A DNA stretch of 63,560 nucleotides from a virus. Taxonomy: Duplodnaviria > Caudoviricetes. Below the pieces are notes generated by a model. The model ran no database searches and had not been told where the DNA came from. It was given only the letters and a program-made list of their open reading frames with translations. Positions 26,222 to 36,136 of the stretch are shown here, in pieces. Both the position numbers and the translations under genes were made by a program. Each line of letters begins with the position of its first letter. Position 1 is the stretch's first letter. Where the stretch lies: positions 1 through 63,560 of the IMG/VR virus record IMGVR_UViG_3300030382_003361, one strand, 5' to 3'.

Positions 26222-28504
26222 ATGGCAAAAATTGAAAATACCACCGTCTATCCTACCGTCTTACCCACGGCTGACGATTTACTGATAGCCACTGATACAA
26301 GTGATGATAATAAGACGGTTACATTTTTAGTTAGTAGTCTTATCGCTCCTTCATCTACACTGCAAGGACTGCAATCTGTTTTAGATACTGGAAATATTGC
26401 TACTCAAACTATGGATTTGACTGGGGATATTAATTTATTAGGAGGTCCAGGTGTTGGATTCCTTGAAACTTGTCAAATTAAATTAGGAGGTAGTTATGGA
26501 GCGGCTGGACAGGTAGTAACTTCACAAGGAGCAGGTTCTTGTGCAATATGGTCTACCCCATCAGCAACATCATGTTGTAGTTTAGATGCCACATTAACAG
26601 TAGGGAATACTTCTTCCCAAGATATTGTACTCGTTAGTAGTCAATTCCAGACAGGAGGAGCGGGAGGAGGTGTGCAGATTACTGGGCCAGCCAGTCTGGT
26701 AAATACAGGGATAAGCATATTTAGCAATACAGTTAGCTTGGTAGGAACAGCTTTAAATTTTGATGCTACTGCGCAAATTAATGATGGTGCGGGTTCAACT
26801 GGTGGAATAGGAGATATCCTAACTGCTACCGCTACAGGAGTTGAGTGGTCAAGCACAATTCCATCGTCATTATGTTGTAATTTACAAGACACTTTAACTT
26901 CAGGTAATACAGCGACAGGGATTGGTATATCAATGACCGCCACATCCCCATTAACATTGGATGCTACGTCAAATATTACCTCATCAGGAACAAACACATG
27001 GAACGGAACAAATACATTTACTGCAGACATTGAAGTAGACGGCACTCTTGAAGACGGCTTAGGGTCGGCTGGCGTTGCGGGTATGGTACTTAGTTCTACA
27101 GGAACTGCAGTAGAGTGGGTTTCAGTAGCGTCTTTAGCGTGCTGTGATTTAGAAGATACTTTAACTGCAGGAAATACAGCAGTTAACAATATGGGATTAA
27201 CAGGAACTCTTACGGTAACCGGTTCGGTTGTGTTAGGATCATCTACTTTAAGCGCTTCAGGTTCAGTAGGAGCGGCGGGGCAAATACTATCTTCTACAGG
27301 TACGGCTACCCAATGGATAAATGCTTCTGCTTTATGCTGTAACTTACAAGACACTTTAGATGTTGGAAATAGCGCCAACCAAAATATAACTCTAACTACT
27401 GCTGGTAACACGATTACCGCACCGTTAGTTGATCCCGACCAAATTGTAGATACTGCAGGAGGAACAGGATTAGCGGGAGAGATTTTAAGCTCTACCGGAG
27501 CAGGTTTAGCATGGATTTCCAGTAGCGCTGCATATAACTGGACGGTAAAAGACGACGCCTCTTTATTAGACGTGGTAAATAGCGGAGATACTTTACTCAT
27601 ATCCGGAGGGACAGGTTTAACATCTGCTTTAACAAACGGAGGAACAAATGTTCCAAGGATGACATTAGATTTAGATGATACAGCGGTAACACCAGGATCT
27701 TATACTAATACTGATCTCACCGTAGACGCTCAAGGAAGAATTACAGCGGCAGCCAATGGAACAGGAGGAGGAGCTGTCACATCGGTGTCGGCTGGAGCTC
27801 CTGGAACAAGTACAGGAACGCCTTTAACTATCACTCCTACCACCGGGGTTGTAGTGGCTACATCCAATGCTTATGCAGGAACAACTAACGTAGGACATGT
27901 ACCACCAGGCGGAACAGCAGCAACATTTTTAAGAGGAGACGCGACATGGCAGTTGCCTCCCGCCGCCCCGAGTATTCTTAATGTAGAAAAACAATTCTAT
28001 TGTGCAGAATCTACAGATTTTAGCACCAGTGTTCACTGGACATGGCATGACCAAATAAATATCGACGCTCCCTCTACCAAAGTAGACCAGCCAGTTCCAG
28101 ATATAGCGTCTATATCAGCAAGAAATGCCTCTTTTGGAGCGGTATATATTAATCCTGATACCGCGGATTGTGAAGCAGCGAGTTGTGCGAAAGTTTTATG
28201 TTCTGTTAAATATGTACTCTCTACTACCGAGGCCGTTACAATAAATCTATACAAGATAGATTTTTGTCCAGGAGGCGTAGAACCTTGGCCTTATACAGCA
28301 GCTGTACTTGCAAACTCATGTAATTTTGCTGCAGGAGTCGACCACGAATTAGTATGTTGTAATGGAGTAAATTTTAATACACCGTCTGCTCAACTACTAA
28401 ATCCAGGAGAGGGGTATATCATGACTATGAGTGCTTTTGGAGCAGCCTCAACCATAGTGCATGGAAACTTCAGCCTCCAAATGATTACTCAAGATTGCAC
28501 TTAG
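26222..28504 (+). CDS. Tail-fibre-like protein with CCxL repeats
   Basis: Gly/Thr-rich; GQILSSTG..W and L.DTL..GN repeats; TVDAQGRIT. Confidence 0.75.
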   Translation: MAKIENTTVYPTVLPTADDLLIATDTSDDNKTVTFLVSSLIAPSSTLQGLQSVLDTGNIATQTMDLTGDINLLGGPGVGFLETCQIKLGGSYGAAGQVVTSQGAGSCAIWSTPSATSCCSLDATLTVGNTSSQDIVLVSSQFQTGGAGGGVQITGPASLVNTGISIFSNTVSLVGTALNFDATAQINDGAGSTGGIGDILTATATGVEWSSTIPSSLCCNLQDTLTSGNTATGIGISMTATSPLTLDATSNITSSGTNTWNGTNTFTADIEVDGTLEDGLGSAGVAGMVLSSTGTAVEWVSVASLACCDLEDTLTAGNTAVNNMGLTGTLTVTGSVVLGSSTLSASGSVGAAGQILSSTGTATQWINASALCCNLQDTLDVGNSANQNITLTTAGNTITAPLVDPDQIVDTAGGTGLAGEILSSTGAGLAWISSSAAYNWTVKDDASLLDVVNSGDTLLISGGTGLTSALTNGGTNVPRMTLDLDDTAVTPGSYTNTDLTVDAQGRITAAANGTGGGAVTSVSAGAPGTSTGTPLTITPTTGVVVATSNAYAGTTNVGHVPPGGTAATFLRGDATWQLPPAAPSILNVEKQFYCAESTDFSTSVHWTWHDQINIDAPSTKVDQPVPDIASISARNASFGAVYINPDTADCEAASCAKVLCSVKYVLSTTEAVTINLYKIDFCPGGVEPWPYTAAVLANSCNFAAGVDHELVCCNGVNFNTPSAQLLNPGEGYIMTMSAFGAASTIVHGNFSLQMITQDCT

Positions 28505-28528
28505 AATAATAAATAAAAATAAAATGAA

Positions 28529-28747
28529 ATGGACATTAGAAAAATATCAATTGGAGCAGATTATAAATCTGGAGCTATGCACTACATTGTAGGGCAAGAT
28601 GTTTTAGGAGGCGCATACCAAATTCATCTAATTCAAGCTCAAGATAATTCCTATAAAATTTGGGTAGAAAAAAATAAAGAAGTCTTTGTATGGAAAGAGT
28701 TCTTATGTACACTTCCTATCTCTGTAGAGTATAATATAAATTTTTAG
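28529..28747 (+). CDS. Hypothetical protein
   Basis: IRKISIG.DYK..AMHY.VGQ. Confidence 0.75.
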   Translation: MDIRKISIGADYKSGAMHYIVGQDVLGGAYQIHLIQAQDNSYKIWVEKNKEVFVWKEFLCTLPISVEYNINF

Positions 28748-29310
28748 TGAGGTCTCCTTTTAATTTTATCGTCACCCCGGTTAACGAGCGTAGATATGAT
28801 AATATAAAAAAAATTGAAGGAGTAGATTTTATTACCAGTGTTTCTGAAGAAGACCATACCGCTTCAAATAGATTCGCGCAGGTAAAAGAACTCCCTATTA
28901 ATTATACCGGTCCTATACAAAAAGGAGATATTTTAGTGGTACATCATAATGTATTTAAGTTTTACAATGACATGCAGGGGAGACAACAAAGTGGCAGAAG
29001 TTTCTTTAAAGATGATTTGTTTTTGGTAGACGAACATCAGTTTTTTCTGTACAAAAATCAAGACGCATGGAAGGCTCACGGCAAATATTGTTTTATTATC
29101 CCGGGAGACATTAAAGAATCTTATCTTAGCAAGCCAGGAACAGAAGAGCCGTTATTTGGGACAATTAAATATATTAACCAAGAATTAATAGACTTAGGAT
29201 TAAAAGAAGGAGATGAAGTCTCTTATCAGCCCGATAGTGAATATCCTTTTGTGATAGACGAAGAAAAGCTTTATCGCATGTATACAGATAATATAACTTT
29301 TCTCGTATGA
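28747..29310 (+). CDS. GroES-like tandem-domain protein (GTG start)
   Basis: Two GroES-like halves (IQKGDILVVHHN; LKEGDEV...KLYRM). Confidence 0.55.
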   Translation: MRSPFNFIVTPVNERRYDNIKKIEGVDFITSVSEEDHTASNRFAQVKELPINYTGPIQKGDILVVHHNVFKFYNDMQGRQQSGRSFFKDDLFLVDEHQFFLYKNQDAWKAHGKYCFIIPGDIKESYLSKPGTEEPLFGTIKYINQELIDLGLKEGDEVSYQPDSEYPFVIDEEKLYRMYTDNITFLV

Positions 29311-29888
29311 TATATATAATAGACAATTTTATAGATACAGAACTCTTTGGAATTGCAAAACAATATTTAGATAAAGGGAAATTTGTAAAACATACATCAG
29401 GAGGAAAAAATTTTTATATTCAAGAGTCTCCCGCGACTTTTAACAGTTATGTTTTAAGAAAATTAGAAGCTATAGAAGGGTCAGAGGTAGAAAATATACT
29501 AAGTTTCTTTCGGGTATCTACTGACCAATTAGATACCAGTTGGAGAATACATTCCGATCTAAACATAAAAGGAGATCGTCCGGACAGAGCAATTGTCCTA
29601 TATATGTCTCCCCGGGAGAAAGAAGAATTGCACGGAACAGCTTTATGGGAGCATCAGATATACGGGAGAGAACTTCCTCCCGCTATTACGGACGAGGATT
29701 ATGATAGTATGATAAAAATAGATGCGGAAAATATAGATATGTGGAGATTAAGTACGGTTATAGGATATCACCAAAATAGAGTAGTTTCTTACCCCGCCTC
29801 TTACTTTCATAGTAAATATCCTAATAAATCATGGGCCGGAGGAAGAGAAGTTTTTGTAATGTTTTATAAATATAAAAAAACTAAATGA
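29307..29888 (+). CDS. 2OG-Fe(II) oxygenase-like protein
   Basis: IIDNF, IHSD, GTALW, NRVV.Y...YFHS, R. Confidence 0.75.
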   Translation: MIYIIDNFIDTELFGIAKQYLDKGKFVKHTSGGKNFYIQESPATFNSYVLRKLEAIEGSEVENILSFFRVSTDQLDTSWRIHSDLNIKGDRPDRAIVLYMSPREKEELHGTALWEHQIYGRELPPAITDEDYDSMIKIDAENIDMWRLSTVIGYHQNRVVSYPASYFHSKYPNKSWAGGREVFVMFYKYKKTK

Positions 29889-30940
29889 AAAGAATTGCAA
29901 TAGTGGGAGCTGGTAATGCTGGGTGTATAACCGCATTAGAATTATTAAATAATCCTGAGTTGCATGAAATTACTATATATCATAGCCCCGAAGAACATCC
30001 AATAGAAAAAGTGGGGCAAGGAACTCTCCCTGGTTTTACACGTATGTTATACAATAAACTGGGTGTCGACTGGTATAATAATCTAATTGATGCCACGGTT
30101 AAGACAGGTATATTATATGAAGGATGGGGTAAAAAACAAGATAAAATATTTCACCAGTTTTGCTCTAACAGTTGTACAGCGTCCCATTTTGTTCCTCAGA
30201 AATTATCCAACTTAGTATTAAAATCTGGCTTATTTAACATTGAAGAAAAGATTATAGATAATCCTGAGCAAGAGATAGATTGTGATATAATATTTGATTG
30301 TAGGGGTAGGCATAACAGAGATAAAAATAATTACGATACATTGATTAGTCCTATTAACTGTGTTCTTCTTGGTAAAAGATTAAGACTAAAATCAGATTAT
30401 GACTTAATCTACACAAGAGCCGTTGCCACACCTAATGGGTGGACCTTTATTATACCTAATAAGGATACGATATCGTACGGTTATTTACATAATAATAAGG
30501 TGACATCTAAACCTGAGGCTTCTCAAGACTTTATAGAAAGATTTAATATAACTTGTATTGATGATTATATAACGTTTGATAATTATGCGGCGAAAAATAT
30601 GTTTGTAGGCGATAGAACTATACTACAGGGAAACGCTTATGGATTTATAGAACCATTAGAAGCAACAGCTATTAACTTTTATCATCAATTATGTGTCGAA
30701 GCTAAGAATACTATTTTCAATGGTGTCGATTCGTATGAAACTAACAATGAAGTAAAAGCAGGTATCCAAAGGGTTGAAACGTTTTTATTATGGCATTATC
30801 AATTTGGATCTAAGTATGATACTTCTTTCTGGGAGTATGCTAAAAATTTACCGTTTAATCCTAAATTTAACGCAAAAAGTCTAAACGAGGTCTGGGAAAA
30901 AACACAGAGAGGGTCACGTTATGTCGAAGAAGTAATATAA
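29885..30940 (+). CDS. Flavin-dependent (tryptophan) halogenase-like protein
   Basis: GAGNAG, ATVKTGI, WTFIIP, FIEPLEAT. Confidence 0.8.
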   Translation: MKRIAIVGAGNAGCITALELLNNPELHEITIYHSPEEHPIEKVGQGTLPGFTRMLYNKLGVDWYNNLIDATVKTGILYEGWGKKQDKIFHQFCSNSCTASHFVPQKLSNLVLKSGLFNIEEKIIDNPEQEIDCDIIFDCRGRHNRDKNNYDTLISPINCVLLGKRLRLKSDYDLIYTRAVATPNGWTFIIPNKDTISYGYLHNNKVTSKPEASQDFIERFNITCIDDYITFDNYAAKNMFVGDRTILQGNAYGFIEPLEATAINFYHQLCVEAKNTIFNGVDSYETNNEVKAGIQRVETFLLWHYQFGSKYDTSFWEYAKNLPFNPKFNAKSLNEVWEKTQRGSRYVEEVI

Positions 30941-30965
30941 TTAATAATTAAAATAAAATTAAATC

Positions 30966-31166
30966 ATGGGGGTACAAAAAAATATTGGCAGACTAAAAGC
31001 ACAAAATCAAGTGCTTCTGGAGAATCTTAAAAAATTAATTATACAAGAAAACGACACTCGAGAATTGGCTATTGGTACATTAGAGATTTTAAAACTATTG
31101 CCAGGGTATGAAGAAGCGATTAAACAATTAAAAGAAAGAGTAAAAGATGGACATAAAGGAGATTAA
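30966..31166 (+). CDS. Hypothetical protein
   Basis: Packed ORF. Confidence 0.65.
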   Translation: MGVQKNIGRLKAQNQVLLENLKKLIIQENDTRELAIGTLEILKLLPGYEEAIKQLKERVKDGHKGD

Positions 31167-31425
31167 ATTAAGCATTATCGAGGCGGGGGAAAAGGCCGTT
31201 AAACAATTAGTAAAGGTAGCTAAAGAAGAGATCATTAAATATGATAAAGATGATGAATTAGCGGCGGATCGGCTTAAGAATGCGGCGGCTACTAAAAAAC
31301 TCGCTATATTTGATGCGTTTGAAATTTTAAAAAGAATAGAAGAAGAGAAGGCTCTTATAGAAGGAGTCTCTTTAGAAGATACTAATAAAACCCCTAAAGG
31401 ATTTGCAGAATCAAGATCAAAATAG
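31147..31425 (+). CDS. Putative terminase small subunit
   Basis: Small helical protein overlapping terL start. Confidence 0.5.
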   Translation: MDIKEIKLSIIEAGEKAVKQLVKVAKEEIIKYDKDDELAADRLKNAAATKKLAIFDAFEILKRIEEEKALIEGVSLEDTNKTPKGFAESRSK

Positions 31426-33649
31426 ATTACATCGCGTACTAACAGGAATAGTTCCTAAGCATGTTATTTCGAATAAAAATCGTGCTAAAAGTTGGAAAGC
31501 TGGTTATGATAGTAAATACGATATAATTATTATCTCTAAAAACGGAACATTAGGAGAAGTATATGAGATTAATGGGTTAAAAATTGGACTCCCTAAGATG
31601 CCTAAAAAAGTATCTTCTACTTCTAAAACAAAAAGTGAGCAATATTGGGAGCCTCATGTTTTACCCAAACATCTTAAACGTATACAGACTATTTTTCAAT
31701 GGCACGACACACCTGCTCCTTTTAAGTCTTTATGGATAGATTATATAGAAGAAGAGTTTGATAAACGGGAAGAAGGACATTGGTTTATGAATAATGGGGA
31801 TCCGACTTATATTACAGGAACTCATTATATGTATTTACAATGGACAAAAATTGATGTAGGAAATCCGGATTTTAGAGAAGCGAATCGAATTTTTTATCTA
31901 TTTTGGGAAGCTTGTAAGGTAGATAAAAGATGTTTTGGCATCTGTTATTTAAAAATAAGGCGTTCGGGGTTTTCGTTTATGAGTTCGTGCGAAGGAGTAA
32001 ATTGTGGTACAATTACAAAAGATGCCCGTATAGGTATTTTATCGAAAACAGGTTGGGATGCGAAAAAAATGTTTACCGATAAAGTTGTTCCTATCTCTAA
32101 CAATTATCCTTTCTTTTTTAAACCTATTCAAGATGGTATGGATAAACCAAAAACTGAATTAGCATATAGAGTGCCAGCCTCTAAGATTACTAAAAAAAAT
32201 ATGTATGAAATTGAGAGTGAGGAATTAGAAGGGTTAGATACCACTATAGATTGGAAGAACACTTCGGATAACAGTTATGATGGAGAAAAATTATATTTAT
32301 TATTACACGATGAAAGTGGTAAATGGGAAAAACCGGAAAATATTTTAAATAATTGGAGGGTTACTAAAACCTGTTTAAGATTAGGAAGTAAAGTGGTAGG
32401 GAAATGTATGATGGGATCGACGTCTAACGCTTTAGACAAAGGGGGAAGAAATTTTAAATCTTTATATGATGACTCAGACTTATCTAAGAGAAATTCTAAC
32501 GGTCAAACAAAAAGCGGGTTGTATTCTTTATTTATACCTATGGAATGGAATTTTGAAGGATACATAGATAAGTACGGGATGCCTGTATTACACAATCCTC
32601 CTGCTCCTATTATGGGGATAGATGGAGAGGAGATTACAATGGGTGCAATTAATTATTGGGAAAATGAAGTAGCTTCATTAGCTTCGGATGCAGACGCTTT
32701 AAATGAATTTTATCGTCAATTTCCTCGAAGTGAATCTCATGCTTTTCGCGACGAAAGTAAACAGTCTTTATTTAATCTCACTAAAATTTATCAGCAAATT
32801 GATTATAATGATTCTTTAATCATAGACCACCATTTAACCCGAGGTTCTTTTCACTGGAAAGATGGGGTACAGGATACTAAAGTAATCTGGTCTCCTAATA
32901 AGAGAGGGCGGTTTTTAGTAGGATGGACACCGGCGCCGCATTTACAAAATCGGGTAGATGAGTATAGAGGACAGAAAAAACCAGGGAATGAACATTTAGG
33001 ATGTTTTGGTTGTGATTCCTATGATATTTCCGGTGTGGTGGTGGGGCGTGGATCAAACGGGTCTCTACATGGGTTAACCAAATTTAGTATGGATGACGCT
33101 CCTTCTAATCAGTTTTTTTTAGAATATATAGCGCGGCCTCAAACTGCAGAGATATTCTTTGAGGAAGTTTTAATGGCTTGTATTTTTTATGGAATGCCTA
33201 TTTTATGCGAGAACAACAAACCCCGTTTACTTTATCATTTTAAGAATAGAGGGTATAGAGGGTTTTGTATGAATCGGCCTGATAAACGTTATAATAAATT
33301 ATCTAAAACAGAGAAAGAACTGGGCGGTATCCCTAACAGTTCGGAAGATGTTAAACAATCCCATGCTTCAGCGATTGAATCTTATATTGAAAAATATATT
33401 GGGTTAGATTTTGAGGGGGCTTATAGAGACCCTGACGAGATGGGGACAATGTATTTTCGGCGTACTTTAGAGGACTGGGCTAAATTTGATATTAATCATA
33501 GGACTAAATATGATGCAACTATAAGTTCAGGGTTAGCCATTATGGCTATTCAAAAACACTTATATACACCGTCTAAAGAAAAATCAAAAATAAGTGTTAA
33601 CTTTGCACGATATAATAACAAGAGTAGTATTAGTGAACTAATTAGATGA
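31403..33649 (+). CDS. terL: Terminase large subunit
   Basis: KIRRSGFS Walker A, LLHDESGK Walker B, GST, GCDSYD nuclease; precedes portal. Confidence 0.9.
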   Translation: MQNQDQNRLHRVLTGIVPKHVISNKNRAKSWKAGYDSKYDIIIISKNGTLGEVYEINGLKIGLPKMPKKVSSTSKTKSEQYWEPHVLPKHLKRIQTIFQWHDTPAPFKSLWIDYIEEEFDKREEGHWFMNNGDPTYITGTHYMYLQWTKIDVGNPDFREANRIFYLFWEACKVDKRCFGICYLKIRRSGFSFMSSCEGVNCGTITKDARIGILSKTGWDAKKMFTDKVVPISNNYPFFFKPIQDGMDKPKTELAYRVPASKITKKNMYEIESEELEGLDTTIDWKNTSDNSYDGEKLYLLLHDESGKWEKPENILNNWRVTKTCLRLGSKVVGKCMMGSTSNALDKGGRNFKSLYDDSDLSKRNSNGQTKSGLYSLFIPMEWNFEGYIDKYGMPVLHNPPAPIMGIDGEEITMGAINYWENEVASLASDADALNEFYRQFPRSESHAFRDESKQSLFNLTKIYQQIDYNDSLIIDHHLTRGSFHWKDGVQDTKVIWSPNKRGRFLVGWTPAPHLQNRVDEYRGQKKPGNEHLGCFGCDSYDISGVVVGRGSNGSLHGLTKFSMDDAPSNQFFLEYIARPQTAEIFFEEVLMACIFYGMPILCENNKPRLLYHFKNRGYRGFCMNRPDKRYNKLSKTEKELGGIPNSSEDVKQSHASAIESYIEKYIGLDFEGAYRDPDEMGTMYFRRTLEDWAKFDINHRTKYDATISSGLAIMAIQKHLYTPSKEKSKISVNFARYNNKSSISELIR

Positions 33650-36081
33650 AAGCAGTTGAAATCAACATAAAGTCTGCTGCCTTTCCGGATCAATTTGTCT
33701 CCGACAAAAAGAAAGCAACAGAGGAGTTTGGACTGCAAGTAGGCCAAGCTATTCAGTACGAATGGTTTCGTAGAGATGGAATGCAATGTAGGTTCTACAA
33801 CCAATGGGCAGAATTTCATCGTTTGCGCCTGTATGCGCGTGGCGAACAATCCGTTCGTAAGTATAAAAATGAATTAGCAATAGACGGTGATTTATCTTAC
33901 CTTAATTTAGATTGGACGCCAGTTCCAATTATTCCTAAATTCGTAGATATTGTAGTTAATGGGATGTCCGATAGATTATTCCATGTGAAAGCGACGGCTG
34001 TAGACGTTATGTCTGCAGAAAAACGCAGTCAGTTTCAAGAAATGGTAGAGGTAAATGTGGTGGCGAAAGATTTATTCCTTCAAATAGAAAACGATTTCAA
34101 TATGAAGGTGGGTCAGATTAATCCTAAAGAGCTACCCGAAAGTGATGCCGAAATGGAGTTATACATGCAGCTTAACTATAAACCCGGTATTGAGATTGCT
34201 AATGAAGTGGCGATTCAAAGTATGTTAGAAGAAAATCATTACGAACAGGTTCGTAAAAGATGTGACTTAGATATTACAACCCTGGGAATTGGAATATGTA
34301 AACATACTTTTCAGAAAGGAGACGGAATACGGGTAGAGTATGTTGATCCAGCCAATGTGGTATATAGCTACACAGAAGATCCTCATTTTAAAGATACGTT
34401 TTATTGGGGAGAGATTAAAACTGTCCCGATTACGGAAGTTTTAAAAATTAATCCCGATTTAACCGAAAAAGACTTAGAGGAAATTTCCAAATATAGTCAA
34501 GCATGGTATAACTACTATAACGTAGCGGCCATGTATGAAAACAGTATGTTCGCTCGGGACACTTGCACTCTTTTATATTTTAATTACAAAACAACAAATA
34601 GCTTTGTTTATAAAAAGAAAAAAATGGCGGAAGGAACATTTAAGGTGGTAGAAAAAGATGACGAGTTTAATCCGCCGCAAGAAATGATGGATGAAGGAGA
34701 GTTTGAGAGAGTAGAAAAAAGAATAGATGTGTGGTATGAAGGAGTAATGGTGATGGGGACAAATCTCCTTATTGAATGGAAAATGATGGAAAATATGGTT
34801 CGTCCTAATTCCGCTAATCAATTTGCTATGCCTAATTACATCGCTGTTGCACCCAGAATGTATAAAGGAAGATTAGAATCTTTAGTTAGACGCATGATTC
34901 CTTTTGCCGACTTAATTCAGGTTACTCACCTGAAGTTACAACAAGTAGTTTCCAAAGTTGTTCCTGATGGAGTGTTTATTGATGCCGACGGATTAAGTGA
35001 AGTTGATTTAGGGACAGGGAATGCTTATGACCCTTCCGATGCTTTACGTTTATATTTCCAAACTGGTAGTGTAGTAGGAAGGAGTTATACCCAAGATGGA
35101 GAGTTTAATAATGCTAAAGTTCCAATTACTCAACTTACGTCAAGTAGTGGAGCACAAAAAATGCAAATGCTAATTGGTAACTATAATCATTATTTAGATA
35201 TGATAAGAACTGTAACCGGTCTTAATCAAGCCCGAGATGCTTCGACACCTGATCCAGATTCGTTAGTAGGCATTCAAAAATTAGCGGCTTTAAACTCTAA
35301 TACGGCTACGCGTCATATTTTAAAATCCAGTTTGTATTTAACTAAAACTTTAGCGGAAGCTTTATCTTTACGGACAGCCGATATTTTAGAATACTCAGAT
35401 TTTAAAGATGAGTTCGCTATGCAGATAGGGAAATATAATTTAGGAATTTTAGAAGAGATTAAAAATTTATATTTATATGATTTTGGTATTTTTATTGAAG
35501 TATCTCCCGACGAGGAAGAGAAGGCTTTATTAGAACAGAACATACAAATGGCTTTACAGAAAGGGGGAATTGATTTAGAAGACGCTATTGATATTAGAAC
35601 TCTTAATAATTTAAAAATGGCTAATCAATTATTAAAAGTTAAAAGGAAACAAAAACAACAGGAACAGCAACAGCAAAAAGCTCAAGAGATGCAAATGCAG
35701 CAACAAAACAACATGCAGTCTCAGCAAGCGGCGGCCCAAGCCTCTATGCAAAAAATGCAAGCCGAAACTCAATCTAAAATGCAAATTGCTCAGGCCGAAA
35801 TAGGTTTCCAGATTGAAAAACAAAAAAATGAAGCCGCTTTAAAACAACAATTAATGCAAGTAGAGTTTCAATTTAATATGCAATTAAAAGGAATAGAACA
35901 GTCACAAATAGATAAACGTGAAAACGAAAGAGAGAAAGGAAAGTCGGATAGAATAGCAGAAGCTAATACGCAACAATCTAAAATGATTGAACAAAGAAAA
36001 AGAAATTTACCAGCTCAGAACTTTGAGTCTAATGAAGATAGTTTAGATGGGTTTGATTTAGCAGAATTTGACCCGCGATAA
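33646..36081 (+). CDS. Portal protein
   Basis: Position after terL; PIIPKFVDIVVNG; Gln-rich coiled barrel. Confidence 0.85.
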   Translation: MKAVEINIKSAAFPDQFVSDKKKATEEFGLQVGQAIQYEWFRRDGMQCRFYNQWAEFHRLRLYARGEQSVRKYKNELAIDGDLSYLNLDWTPVPIIPKFVDIVVNGMSDRLFHVKATAVDVMSAEKRSQFQEMVEVNVVAKDLFLQIENDFNMKVGQINPKELPESDAEMELYMQLNYKPGIEIANEVAIQSMLEENHYEQVRKRCDLDITTLGIGICKHTFQKGDGIRVEYVDPANVVYSYTEDPHFKDTFYWGEIKTVPITEVLKINPDLTEKDLEEISKYSQAWYNYYNVAAMYENSMFARDTCTLLYFNYKTTNSFVYKKKKMAEGTFKVVEKDDEFNPPQEMMDEGEFERVEKRIDVWYEGVMVMGTNLLIEWKMMENMVRPNSANQFAMPNYIAVAPRMYKGRLESLVRRMIPFADLIQVTHLKLQQVVSKVVPDGVFIDADGLSEVDLGTGNAYDPSDALRLYFQTGSVVGRSYTQDGEFNNAKVPITQLTSSSGAQKMQMLIGNYNHYLDMIRTVTGLNQARDASTPDPDSLVGIQKLAALNSNTATRHILKSSLYLTKTLAEALSLRTADILEYSDFKDEFAMQIGKYNLGILEEIKNLYLYDFGIFIEVSPDEEEKALLEQNIQMALQKGGIDLEDAIDIRTLNNLKMANQLLKVKRKQKQQEQQQQKAQEMQMQQQNNMQSQQAAAQASMQKMQAETQSKMQIAQAEIGFQIEKQKNEAALKQQLMQVEFQFNMQLKGIEQSQIDKRENEREKGKSDRIAEANTQQSKMIEQRKRNLPAQNFESNEDSLDGFDLAEFDPR

Positions 36082-36111
36082 GTAGCTTAAAAGGAGTGTA
36101 TAATAATTGTT

Positions 36112-36119
36112 TAACTTTG
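36112..36119 (+). promoter_or_regulatory. -7 box for scaffold/capsid operon
   Basis: TAACTTTG. Confidence 0.65.
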
Positions 36120-36136
36120 CAAAAAAATTAAATCTA

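Noticed and set aside
26641-27600. 319-aa antisense ORF
   Set aside because: Mirror of a Gly/Thr/Ala-rich fibre gene; no independent signals
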